From Spirochaetales bacterium (GTDB taxonomy: Bacteria; Bacillota; Clostridia; Christensenellales; UBA1242), in contig JBFXFT010000001.1 of assembly GCA_050178795.1 (NCBI GenBank), positions 57,513 to 121,512 on the forward strand: a DNA stretch of 64,000 nt, written 5' to 3'. Of the stretch, positions 39,779-48,499 are shown one piece after another. The notes under the pieces were generated by a model that saw only the letters and a program-made list of their open reading frames with translations, ran no database searches and was not told the DNA's origin. The position numbers and the translations under genes are program-made. How positions within the stretch are numbered: position 1 is the stretch's first letter; each line of letters opens with the position of its first letter.

Positions 39779-40513
39779 ATGCAAGACTTATACGACAGTT
39801 TTTTAGTAAATACCTTAATAGCGCATAGAGGTCTGCACGACAAAGACGCTGGCATACCAGAAAACAGTTTAAAGGCTTTTGAAAGAGCAATTAAAGAAGG
39901 ATATGCAATAGAGTGCGACGTGCAAGGAATGGAAGACGGAACTCCCATTGTTTTTCACGACGCTAAACTAGATAGAATGACAGGTCAAGACGGCTACACC
40001 AACACCCTAACCCACGAAAATTTAAAAAATTATAAACTATTAAATACAGACCATGGTATTCCCACTTTTGAAGAATTTTTAAAATTAGTGGACGGAAAGA
40101 CGCCAGTTTTAATTGAAATAAAAAACAGCTTTAGACCTGGAATTATGGAAAAGAAAGTTTTAGAAATGTTAAAAAATTATAAGGGCACTTTTGCAATTAT
40201 GAGTTTTAACCCTTATGTTTTGAACTGGTTTAAAAACAATGCACCCGAAATTGTAAGGGGTCAACTTAGTTCATTTTTTAAAGATGAAAGCCTTGCTCCT
40301 ATGAAAAAATTGTTATTAAAAAGGCTTAAATTTTCTAACCTAAGTAGACCACAATTTATAGCATACGACACAAGAAATTTGCCAAACCGATTTGTAAGAA
40401 GGTTTAAAAATATACCGCTTTTGGCTTGGACTGTAAAGAGTGAAGAAGAGTATTTAAGAGTAATAAAATACTGCGATAACATAATATTTGAGGGTTTTGA
40501 ACCAAAAATTTAA
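39779..40513 (+). CDS. Glycerophosphodiester phosphodiesterase family protein
   Basis: 244 aa. Motifs IAHRGLH...PENSLKAFERAI..GYAIECDV...FHD. SD AGGAG. Confidence 0.85.
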   Translation: MQDLYDSFLVNTLIAHRGLHDKDAGIPENSLKAFERAIKEGYAIECDVQGMEDGTPIVFHDAKLDRMTGQDGYTNTLTHENLKNYKLLNTDHGIPTFEEFLKLVDGKTPVLIEIKNSFRPGIMEKKVLEMLKNYKGTFAIMSFNPYVLNWFKNNAPEIVRGQLSSFFKDESLAPMKKLLLKRLKFSNLSRPQFIAYDTRNLPNRFVRRFKNIPLLAWTVKSEEEYLRVIKYCDNIIFEGFEPKI

Positions 40514-40532
40514 CAAAAAACACGAGTTTTTA

Positions 40533-40568
40533 CAAAAAAAACAGCAATTAGTTGCTGTTTTTTGTTTT
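40533..40568. terminator. bidirectional terminator between GDPD gene and rubrerythrin
   Basis: A-run, AACAGCAA-TTAG-TTGCTGTT, T-run. Confidence 0.75.
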
Positions 40569-40586
40569 TTATGCAATTTGTTAATT

Positions 40587-41123
40587 TTAATAGTTTGTCT
40601 CTTCAAGCATAAAGAATGCTTGTGGATGTTTACATGCTGGGCACTCATCTGGTGCTTCTGTTCCGTAGTGTTTGTAACCACAGTTTTGGCATTGCCAAAC
40701 TACTGGTTCGTCACTTTTAAATACTTTGTCTTCGTCTATATTCTTTTTATATTTGCGGTAACGTTTTTCGTGTTCTCTCTCTGCCTCGGCAACTCTTTCA
40801 AAGTGGTAAGCAATTTCTTCAAAGCCTTCCTCTCTTGCTACCTTTGCAAAGTTTTGGTACATATCCGTCCATTCATAATTTTCACCCTCTGCAGCGTGAA
40901 CCAAGTTTTCTTCAGTTGTGCCTATGCCCTCTAAATATTTAAACCAAAGTTTTGCATGCTCCTTTTCATTTAAAGCGGTCTCTGCAAACATCCTTGATAT
41001 TTGCTCATAACCCTCTTTTTTTGCAGTGCTTGAAAAATAGTCATACTTATTGCGTGCTTGACTTTCGCCAGCAAAAGCAGCCCATAAATTTGCTTCTGTT
41101 TTTGATCCTTTTAATTCTTTCAT
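40587..41123 (-). CDS. rbr: Rubrerythrin
   Basis: 178 aa. N-terminal ferritin-like diiron domain ([19 protein letters not shown], ...E.EH...) plus a C-terminal rubredoxin-like domain, WQCQNCGY...CPACKHP. Confidence 0.93.
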   Translation of the reverse strand: MKELKGSKTEANLWAAFAGESQARNKYDYFSSTAKKEGYEQISRMFAETALNEKEHAKLWFKYLEGIGTTEENLVHAAEGENYEWTDMYQNFAKVAREEGFEEIAYHFERVAEAEREHEKRYRKYKKNIDEDKVFKSDEPVVWQCQNCGYKHYGTEAPDECPACKHPQAFFMLEETNY

Positions 41124-41214
41124 AAAGATACTTCCTTTTATATTGTATTTTAAACTTTAATAGTTTAATTTATTTAACAAATTTTGTAAAACATATAACG
41201 CCCATATTGGCAAT

Positions 41215-42483
41215 TTATTTTTCACGTTTGATTATTTTTATGTCCTTTTCTCTACCATTTTTGCTTGGCTCATAGTAAACTGCGTCCTTTAAACTGTCTG
41301 GCAAATATTGTTGTTTTACATAGCCACCAAAATCGTGCGGATACTTATAGTTTTTGCTTTGTGGGGTATTGTTTTTTAAATATGGTGGTACATTGTCGTC
41401 AACATATTTTAGCGCGTCTTGTTGCGCCCTGCCAAGTGCCACAACAACGGAGTTGCTTTTTGGTGCTAGACACACGTAAATTATAGCGTGAGTAAGTGGA
41501 ATATTGCCCTCTGGCATACCAAGTTTTTCAACCGCGTCAAGTGCTGCGTTTGCTAGTAACATGGCGTTAGAATCTGCCATTCCTACATCTTCACTTGCGT
41601 GCGCTACAAGTCTCCTTGCAATTATTCTTGGGTCCACGCCGCCTAAAATCATCCTGTTGGCATAATATAGTGCCGCGTCTGGGTCACTACCCCTCAAACT
41701 CTTACAAAAAGCGCTCAAAAGGTGATAATATAGGTCTTCATCTACTGATAGCGACTTATTTTGCAAACATTCTTCAATGCTACTAATTGTTATTTCTATC
41801 TTTTTGTCTTTATTGATTCCACTTGTACTGCTAGCAAGTTCCAAAGTATTAAGTGCAACTCGCATATCGCCAACCGCTTGAGACGCTAAAAAGTCTATTA
41901 CTTTGTCGTCCATTACTATGTCAAGTTCGCCAAGTCCATTTTCTTTGTCTGTAAGTGCCCTTTTTATTGCTACTTTTATGTCTTCTTTGGTAAGCCTTTT
42001 AAATTCAAACACTTTTACCCTAGACAAAATAGCGCTCGTCATACTTATGTATGGGTTTTCGGTGGTTGAACCTATTAAAATTATGCTTCCGTCCTCTATT
42101 GCCTCTAAAATACTGTCCGATTGAGCCTTGCTCCACCTGTGGCACTCGTCAAGTAGCAAATAGGTCTTTTTGCCATAAAGTGCTAACTGACTTTTAGCCT
42201 CTTTTATTGTTTCTTTAGCGTCTGCAACTCCACTGCTAACTGCGTTTAACTTTTTAAAGTTTGCACTTGTCATATTTGCTATTATACCAGCAAGTGTTGT
42301 TTTGCCTGTTCCCGGTGGACCATAAAAAATAACACTGCCAAGAGAGCCAGCATTTATTGCCTTGACTAAAAGGCTGTTGTTATAAATTAGATGTTGTTGC
42401 CCTATGAACCCCTCTAAATTTTTGGGGCGCATACGCTCTGGCAGTGGTGCCATTTTTTTGACATTATCTGAAAATAGGTCCAT
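41215..42483 (-). CDS. rarA: Replication-associated recombination protein A (RarA/MgsA AAA+ ATPase)
   Basis: 422 aa. Motifs PLPERMRPKNLEGFIGQQHL, FYGPPGTGKTTLA, LLDECHRWSKAQQD-like (LLDECHRWSKAQSD), GSTTENP. Confidence 0.93.
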   Translation of the reverse strand: MDLFSDNVKKMAPLPERMRPKNLEGFIGQQHLIYNNSLLVKAINAGSLGSVIFYGPPGTGKTTLAGIIANMTSANFKKLNAVSSGVADAKETIKEAKSQLALYGKKTYLLLDECHRWSKAQSDSILEAIEDGSIILIGSTTENPYISMTSAILSRVKVFEFKRLTKEDIKVAIKRALTDKENGLGELDIVMDDKVIDFLASQAVGDMRVALNTLELASSTSGINKDKKIEITISSIEECLQNKSLSVDEDLYYHLLSAFCKSLRGSDPDAALYYANRMILGGVDPRIIARRLVAHASEDVGMADSNAMLLANAALDAVEKLGMPEGNIPLTHAIIYVCLAPKSNSVVVALGRAQQDALKYVDDNVPPYLKNNTPQSKNYKYPHDFGGYVKQQYLPDSLKDAVYYEPSKNGREKDIKIIKREK

Positions 42484-42582
42484 AAAAAACTATCCTTAAA
42501 TGAGATTTTTTTGCTATCGTATTAATTTTAACACAAAGCCTAAAATTATAAAAATGTTTAGCCATAACTTTATTTAAAAAGC

Positions 42583-42607
42583 AAAAAAGTGTGGAATTTA
42601 CCACACC
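42583..42607 (-). terminator. rnpB terminator
   Basis: Minus strand reads GTGTGG-TAAATT-CCACAC followed by TTTTTTGC. Confidence 0.75.
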
Positions 42608-42619
42608 TTCTTGACAATC

Positions 42620-42962
42620 GTTACCTAGCCTATAAGCCGAGTTTTGTATTAGATGGTTATCTATCTAGGCTTATTATTACTAACAAGCTCAAGCGGTGTA
42701 TAGGGCTCAGCGAACAGCCGAATTTGCCCTTTTTACCTTGCACCAAGTGGGGTTTACAGAGGATTAAAGTCACCGATAATCCTAGTGTGCTCTTACCACG
42801 CTTTTCCACCCTTGCTCTTACTCCTTACGGAGCAGTGAGCGGTATATCTCTGTTGCACTTTCCTTCAGGTCACCCTGACTGGGAGTTACCCAGCACCCTG
42901 TTCTATGGGGCTCGGACTTTCCTCGTGAGTAATTAACTCACGCAACCATCTGGCTAACTAAC
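42620..42962 (-). ncRNA. rnpB: RNase P RNA, bacterial class A
   Basis: Minus strand reads GTTAGTTAGCC...GAGGAAAGTCCGAGC...GGGTGCTGGGTAACTCCCAG...GGAAAGTGCAACAGA...GGTAAGAGCACAC...GTAAACCCCACTTGGTGCAAGG...GCTTGAGC...CCTAGATAGATAACCATC...ACAAAACTCGGCTTATAGGCTAGGTAAC. The P1 ends pair (GTTAGTTAGCC / GGCTAGGTAAC). The order of blocks is collinear with E. coli-type M1 RNA. Confidence 0.92.
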
Positions 42963-42968
42963 TTAAAT

Positions 42969-42997
42969 ATTGTATCAAATTTCAACATTTTTTGCAA
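42969..42997 (-). promoter_or_regulatory. rnpB promoter
   Basis: Minus strand reads TTGCAA, 17 nt, TACAAT, ending ~7 nt before the predicted 5' end of the RNA. Confidence 0.55.
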
Positions 42998-43078
42998 GTA
43001 GTAATTACTCGCAAACGAAATTTGACTTTAAAAAACTAAAAATCATAAAATTTTTAGTTTAATAAACGAGTTTTGTTA

Positions 43079-43333
43079 TTACGCTTCTTTAGTTGGCTCT
43101 TTAAGTTCAGGATATTTTTGATAAATGCCATCTATAATTTCGTTGCAATAATTTGTTAATGTCATGCTATCTTCTACTTCGCCAACTAGTTTATATTCTG
43201 CCCTAGTTCGCTTTGATGCTGCCAATATATCCTTATATGTTCTTAAAAGCGTTTCGCCATCACTTAGCGACTGTACTCTTTTTAGTACTGCTGCGACTTT
43301 TGCTTGGTCGCCAAAATCTTTTTGTATATTCAT
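43079..43333 (-). CDS. Small hypothetical protein (84 aa)
   Basis: Strong SD (TAGGAGT). The sequence looks helical and soluble (MNIQKDFGDQAKVAAVLKRVQSLSDGETLLRTYKDILAASKR...). I recognise no family. Confidence 0.6.
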   Translation of the reverse strand: MNIQKDFGDQAKVAAVLKRVQSLSDGETLLRTYKDILAASKRTRAEYKLVGEVEDSMTLTNYCNEIIDGIYQKYPELKEPTKEA

Positions 43334-43440
43334 AATTTTACTCCTATAAATTTAAAATTTATAGCCCAATAAACGAGTAATATTACTGTAATTTTAAACC
43401 TTTTTTATTTTACGATTGAATTTTAGCACATATCTAAAAA

Positions 43441-44676
43441 TTAATCAATACTTTTTTCGTCACTTTTTATTCTTAGCATATCGCCAGTTTTTAACTTCAA
43501 ATTTGTCTTTAAATAAAGCCTTTGTTGCACCAAGTTTGCTACTGTAACTTGCTCTTTGTCCTCGTTCAAAACTTCTGTAACCTTTAAAGTTTTGTTAAAG
43601 TTTTCATTTGGACTTAAAACTTCTAGTTCGTCGCCTACTTCAAACCTGTTGCGTTGTTCCACTAAAATGTAACCATCTTTAGCGTCTTCTAGCACTATCG
43701 CTATAAATTTATAGGTACTGACTGGTGCAGAGGTTTTAATGTTGTTTCTGTCCTCATTTCCAAAGTAAAAACCTGTTGTATAGTCCCTATGGCTCGCTTT
43801 ATTTAACTCATCAACTAGTTCCTGTGGTGCTTCATAATTTTTTGGATCTTTTTCTAAGATATCAATAGCGCGCTTATATGCATTTGTTGTGGTTGCGACA
43901 TAGTATGGGCTCTTCATACGTCCCTCAATTTTAAAACTTGTAACGCCTGCTTCCATAAGAAGATTTAAGTGTTCTATTACGTTTAAGTCTTTACTGTTTA
44001 AAATGTAAGTGCCGCGCTCGTCCTCTTTAATTTCAAATTGTTCACCATTTCTGCCTTTTTCGGTAATTGTGTACTCCCACCTACAAGGTTGTGCGCAAGC
44101 ACCGCGGTTTGCGTCCCTACCAGTGAGATAGTTACTAAGTAAACACCTTCCAGAGTATGCCATACACATAGCGCCGTGAACAAAAGTTTCAAGTTCTACA
44201 CTTTCAGGTAAATAGTCTCTTATTGCTTTAATCTCTTTTAATGATAGTTCCCTAGCGAGAATTAGCCTAGTTGCGCCCATATCTGCAAACATTTTTGCCG
44301 TATATTTGTTTGTTATGTTTGCCTGCGTGCTTACATGAATAGGCATATTTGGAGCGACCTCTCTAACTATGCCCAAAATGCCTAAATCGGCAACTATTAC
44401 GGCGTCTGCTTTAATCTCGTCTAAATATTCAACATATTCTTTTAGCCCTTTAAAGTCTATTTCGTGCGCTAGAATGTTTAATGTTATGTATGCTTTTTTG
44501 CCTAGGCTGTGAGCGTATTCTATTTGCTCTTTTAGTTCGTCTTTTTCAAAATTGCCTGCATACGCCCTAAGTCCAAAACGCTTGCCCGCAAAATATGCTG
44601 CGTCTGCACCATAGTAAAACGCCGTCTGTAATTTTTCTTTGTCTCCTGCTGGGGATAATAGTTCTATTTTACTCAT
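43441..44676 (-). CDS. Peptidase U32 family protein (TrhP/YrrN-YrrO-like, tRNA ho5U-associated family)
   Basis: 411 aa. N-terminus ELLSPAGDKEKLQTAFYYGADAAYFAGKRFGLRA... and central E.FVHGAMC.AYSGRC.LS are typical U32. The start overlaps the O-methyltransferase stop by 4 nt. Confidence 0.85.
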   Translation of the reverse strand: MSKIELLSPAGDKEKLQTAFYYGADAAYFAGKRFGLRAYAGNFEKDELKEQIEYAHSLGKKAYITLNILAHEIDFKGLKEYVEYLDEIKADAVIVADLGILGIVREVAPNMPIHVSTQANITNKYTAKMFADMGATRLILARELSLKEIKAIRDYLPESVELETFVHGAMCMAYSGRCLLSNYLTGRDANRGACAQPCRWEYTITEKGRNGEQFEIKEDERGTYILNSKDLNVIEHLNLLMEAGVTSFKIEGRMKSPYYVATTTNAYKRAIDILEKDPKNYEAPQELVDELNKASHRDYTTGFYFGNEDRNNIKTSAPVSTYKFIAIVLEDAKDGYILVEQRNRFEVGDELEVLSPNENFNKTLKVTEVLNEDKEQVTVANLVQQRLYLKTNLKLKTGDMLRIKSDEKSID

Positions 44677-45311
44677 TTTGATTCCTTTATACTTATGCTT
44701 ATTCCGTCTTCAAGGTCAATAATTTGTGTTTTTAAAGACTTATTTGAACCTATTTCGTTTAAAAATTGTTGCAAATTTTTAACGATGGTGCGGTTTTTGT
44801 GAGGTATTTTGCCATCACTTAAAACCATACCTCTAAATAGCACATTGTCTGCAAACAGTGTTCCGCCAACTTTTAAAAGCTCTAAAAGTCGTGGCAAATA
44901 GTGTATGTATTGTGCCTTTGGTCCGTCTAAAAATATAAAATCATACTCACCGCTTAGAGTATTCAATACTTCCTTAGCGTCACCAAGAATTGTTTTTACC
45001 CTATCGGTTAAATTTAATTCTTCAAAATTTTTTGTTGCCACATCTAAAACGCTTGCGTCTTTTTCAATGGTGTCAAGTGTTGAATTTGTGCTTGATTTTA
45101 GCATTAATGCACCAGAGTAGCCTATTGCTGTGCCTATTTCTAACACTCTTTTAGGACTATGTTCTTTAACATAATTAAATAATAGGTTTGCCGTTTTAGG
45201 TCTTACTATTGGTACATTATTTAGTTTAGCATATTCCACAATTTTTTCTAGTTTTTTAAATTCGTCTTCATTTAAAACCGATATTAAATTGTCCTTTAAC
45301 TCTTGTTCCAA
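44673..45311 (-). CDS. Class I SAM-dependent O-methyltransferase (TrmR/YrrM-like)
   Basis: 212 aa (TTG start, SD GGAGAG). Contains SAM motif VLEIGTAIGYS, then DFIFLDGPK.... Paired with U32 as in B. subtilis yrrM-yrrN-yrrO. Confidence 0.8.
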   Translation of the reverse strand: MEQELKDNLISVLNEDEFKKLEKIVEYAKLNNVPIVRPKTANLLFNYVKEHSPKRVLEIGTAIGYSGALMLKSSTNSTLDTIEKDASVLDVATKNFEELNLTDRVKTILGDAKEVLNTLSGEYDFIFLDGPKAQYIHYLPRLLELLKVGGTLFADNVLFRGMVLSDGKIPHKNRTIVKNLQQFLNEIGSNKSLKTQIIDLEDGISISIKESK

Positions 45312-45312
45312 A

Positions 45313-47388
45313 TTAACTCTCCAAAATAAATGTCAAAATCATTGGTCTACGCTTAGTCTTTTTATAGAAGTAATTGCCAAGGCTCGCCCTAACTGCGTTT
45401 TTAACTATGCTCCACTCGTCTTCTTTTAGTGAAAGTTCTTTAAATGTGTTAATTATTACTTCTTTTGCCTCTTCAATTATGTCTCCACTCTCGTTTGAGT
45501 ACATAAAACCACGAGTCATAATGTCTGGACCGCTTGTAAGTTCGCCACTTGCACCGTTTATGCCAAGCATAACAACGCAAAGTCCGTCCTCTGAAAGTTG
45601 TTTTCTGTCCCTTAGAACTACGCTTTCCATATCACCAAAACCTAGTCCATCAACAAGCCTTCTGCCTGCTGGTACTGTGCCTGCGCGCTTTAATGTTGTT
45701 TTGCTAATTTCAATTGCATCGCCGTTTTCTGTAATTAAAGTGTGGCTTTCTGGTAGTCCCATTGATGTTACAATTTCTACGTGTTTTTTAAGCATTCTAA
45801 ACTCTCCGTGCGCTGGCACAAAGAATTTTTCTTTTACTAGTGCGTGAATTAATTTTAATTCCTCTTGCATAGCGTGTCCTGATGCGTGCACCTCTGCTAA
45901 TTTATCGTAAATTACTTCACAACCTGTTTTATAAAGGTTGTTAATTACTGTTCCAACTGCCTTTTCGTTACCTGGAATTGGGGTTGCAGATATTATTATT
46001 AAGTCGTTTGCACCAAGGTTGATGCCTTTAAAGTTGCCTGCTGCAATGCGAGTTAGTGCGCTAAATGGCTCGCCTTGACTACCAGTAGAAAGTATTAAAA
46101 GTTCGCTATCTTTATAGTTTTTAATTTTATCAAGCGGAACTATTATGTCTTTATTTATTTTAACTTCACCAATTTTAGTTGCAACTTCAACTACGCTAAC
46201 CATACTGCGTCCGCTAAATGCTATTTTCCTGCCGTGCTTTTCTGCTAGGTCAATAAGTTGTTGAAGTCTATATACGTTGCTTGCAAAAGTGGCAACGAAT
46301 ATGCGCTTTTCGTTGTGAGTGGCAAATATTGTATCCAAACTCTTTTTTACGTTGCTTTCACTTGTCGTATAACCTGCCCTTTCAACATTTGTACTGTCTG
46401 CGGTTAAAAGTAAAACGCCTTGTTTACCAAGTTCTGCTAGACGAGTTAAATCTGTAACTACACCGTCTATTGGATTGAAGTCAATTTTAAAGTCGCCTGT
46501 GTGAATCCATGTGCCAACTGGCGTTGTGATTGCTAGTGCAAAAGCGCCTGAAATTGAGTGGTTAACATAAATAAACTCTATGCTAAAAGCACCAATTTTA
46601 ATGGTTTCGCCTGATTTTACAGTTACTAGTTGAGACTTAATTGTTTTAAACTCTTGTAGTTTTTTGTCTACAAGTGCTAAAGTCATACGGCTACCGTAAA
46701 TTGGTACGTTAATATCTGGCAACAAATAAGGTAGTCCACCAATGTGGTCCTCATGTCCGTGGGTTAAAACTATGCCCCTAATTCTATCTTTATTTTGTAA
46801 TAAATAAGTAATATCTGGAACTATTAGGTCAATACCTGGTAAATCGTCGCCTGGGAAGGTTGAACCAGCATCAACTATTATTATGTCGCTACCATATTCA
46901 ACTGCCATCATATTTTTGCCGACTTCACCAACACCGCCTAAAAACATAATTTTTAGTTTTTTATTGGACTTGTGTTGTTGATTTAGCATTTGTTGATTTT
47001 GCTTTTTTACGACTTTTATGTGTTCGTCGTTCTTTGCAAATATCTTTGTATTGTCTAAATTTCTATTATTGTTTTTGTTTTTATTTATTCTAACGGTTGC
47101 GTTTATGTTTATTCTCTTATTTGAGTTTTGATTTGCTTGACCGTTGTTATTTGCGCTTTGCTCGCCATTTTGTGCGCCTTCTGTATTTATGGTTATGGCG
47201 TTAACCTTAATTTGTTTTGGCATATTTGAACTATTAAGTTCTTTATTTATCTTGCTAATAATTTGCCTCTTTATTTGTTCTTGTTGTTTTGTGTCTACAG
47301 TAGATTTTTTGCCACTCAAATTAGACCTCTTTAAATAGGTCATTCTTGGAGCACTAATCACTTCCTGTGTTTCTTCTGTGTTATTCAA
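45313..47388 (-). CDS. rnj: Ribonuclease J with ~140-aa Asn/Gln/Lys-rich N-terminal extension
   Basis: The core begins at KLKIMFLGGVGEVGKNM, with metallo-beta-lactamase HGHEDHIGG plus beta-CASP and C-terminal domains. The start is uncertain. I prefer TTG 47388 (SD AAGGAG 9 nt upstream) over track GTG 47421 (no SD, abuts a hairpin) or ATG 47343. Confidence 0.9.
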   Translation of the reverse strand: MNNTEETQEVISAPRMTYLKRSNLSGKKSTVDTKQQEQIKRQIISKINKELNSSNMPKQIKVNAITINTEGAQNGEQSANNNGQANQNSNKRININATVRINKNKNNNRNLDNTKIFAKNDEHIKVVKKQNQQMLNQQHKSNKKLKIMFLGGVGEVGKNMMAVEYGSDIIIVDAGSTFPGDDLPGIDLIVPDITYLLQNKDRIRGIVLTHGHEDHIGGLPYLLPDINVPIYGSRMTLALVDKKLQEFKTIKSQLVTVKSGETIKIGAFSIEFIYVNHSISGAFALAITTPVGTWIHTGDFKIDFNPIDGVVTDLTRLAELGKQGVLLLTADSTNVERAGYTTSESNVKKSLDTIFATHNEKRIFVATFASNVYRLQQLIDLAEKHGRKIAFSGRSMVSVVEVATKIGEVKINKDIIVPLDKIKNYKDSELLILSTGSQGEPFSALTRIAAGNFKGINLGANDLIIISATPIPGNEKAVGTVINNLYKTGCEVIYDKLAEVHASGHAMQEELKLIHALVKEKFFVPAHGEFRMLKKHVEIVTSMGLPESHTLITENGDAIEISKTTLKRAGTVPAGRRLVDGLGFGDMESVVLRDRKQLSEDGLCVVMLGINGASGELTSGPDIMTRGFMYSNESGDIIEEAKEVIINTFKELSLKEDEWSIVKNAVRASLGNYFYKKTKRRPMILTFILES

Positions 47389-47422
47389 TTTTTTGTTCTC
47401 CTTTCTTGTTTTGTTTTGCACG

Positions 47423-47459
47423 CAATAAACAACTATATTTCAATATAGCTTGTTTATTG
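47423..47459 (-). other. 17-bp stem-loop immediately upstream of rnj (5'-leader structure)
   Basis: Plus strand reads CAATAAACAA-CTATATT-tc-AATATAG-c-TTGTTTATTG. No U-tract follows on the minus strand. Confidence 0.6.
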
Positions 47460-47531
47460 GTCTTGTTTTAATAATTTTATTTTAATAAGTTAAAAACTTA
47501 AACAATTCTTTTTTAATATTTTATGGAATGG

Positions 47532-48485
47532 TTAAATTACAAACTTGGTATAGCGCATTTTGTCTTGCTCTTCAAGTTTCTTGGGACTCAAAATAGTCTC
47601 TGGGTCAACGTAGTACCTCATTCCCATACTACCATAATACATTACCATGCCAAAAATTGCAAGCAAAAATGTGCTAGATGGCAAAGTTATTATTAGACCA
47701 GCCCCTGCGGTGATGATAGTTACAAAGGCATTTACTATCAAAATAGTAAAAACTATTACTATGCTATTTGATAGTGTTTTAAAAAATCTTCTACTAACTG
47801 CCTTAAAGCCACGCCTATAGCCCTCAAAAACCCCACAATTATGAACTGTAATTGCTGGTATAACACCGCTAAACACTGTTATATTTAGTGCAATAAGCAC
47901 AGTGCTTAGAGTTATTACTATAAGTGGCGCTAAAAGTAACACAAAATAATCACTGCTATATAATAATGGCAATGTTAAGTATATTAAATAGGTAATAATT
48001 AAGTTAATTGGCAAATTGATTGCTAGTTTTGCTAGTTGAAGTTTTAACGACTTGCCAAAATTTTTTATGTAAGAGTTTAAAAATGAAAAATTAGCATTAC
48101 TTGACATATAGCCATTTAATGTATCTGTAACCGCTAGTTCACTAAGACCATTTAAAAAGCCGCCAAGTACTATTATTATTAAAAATACGCCTATTAGGCT
48201 ATATATTACTGCGCCCAAGTTTGCTGCTATTACGCTTACAAATAAATTTACTATACTACTAATAGATAGAAGTATTATGTTAAAGTCCAAATTTAGCATA
48301 AATGTACTTAGGGTATCTTTTAAATCTATAAAAAAGTTGTTTGCATTCAGCACATTAATTAAAGGTAGCGCTACGACTGTTGCAAGTGAAAAAACAATTA
48401 TGGTAACCACAATTTTGTACAAAAGAATTTTCCACGCCGTGTGGAAATTAGAAATTAACAATCGTAACGAATTTCTAAACATCAT
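47532..48485 (-). CDS. Polytopic membrane protein, unknown function (paralog of next gene)
   Basis: 317 aa with about 6-7 TM spans. C-terminal motif is MVMYYGSMGMRYY. Confidence 0.65.
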   Translation of the reverse strand: MMFRNSLRLLISNFHTAWKILLYKIVVTIIVFSLATVVALPLINVLNANNFFIDLKDTLSTFMLNLDFNIILLSISSIVNLFVSVIAANLGAVIYSLIGVFLIIIVLGGFLNGLSELAVTDTLNGYMSSNANFSFLNSYIKNFGKSLKLQLAKLAINLPINLIITYLIYLTLPLLYSSDYFVLLLAPLIVITLSTVLIALNITVFSGVIPAITVHNCGVFEGYRRGFKAVSRRFFKTLSNSIVIVFTILIVNAFVTIITAGAGLIITLPSSTFLLAIFGMVMYYGSMGMRYYVDPETILSPKKLEEQDKMRYTKFVI

Positions 48486-48499
48486 AACAGTTTTTGCTC

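Noticed and set aside
41124-41214. Inverted repeat TTAAAC-N7-GTTTAA upstream of rubrerythrin as a PerR or Rex operator
   Set aside because: The arms are only 6 bp and all-AT. It does not match the PerR (TTATAATnATTATAA) or Rex (TTGTGAAnnnnTTCACAA) consensus as I know them.
42589-42936. 115-aa plus-strand ORF from the track
   Set aside because: It lies entirely within and antisense to the RNase P RNA gene. It has no SD, and its composition simply reflects the GC-richer structured RNA.
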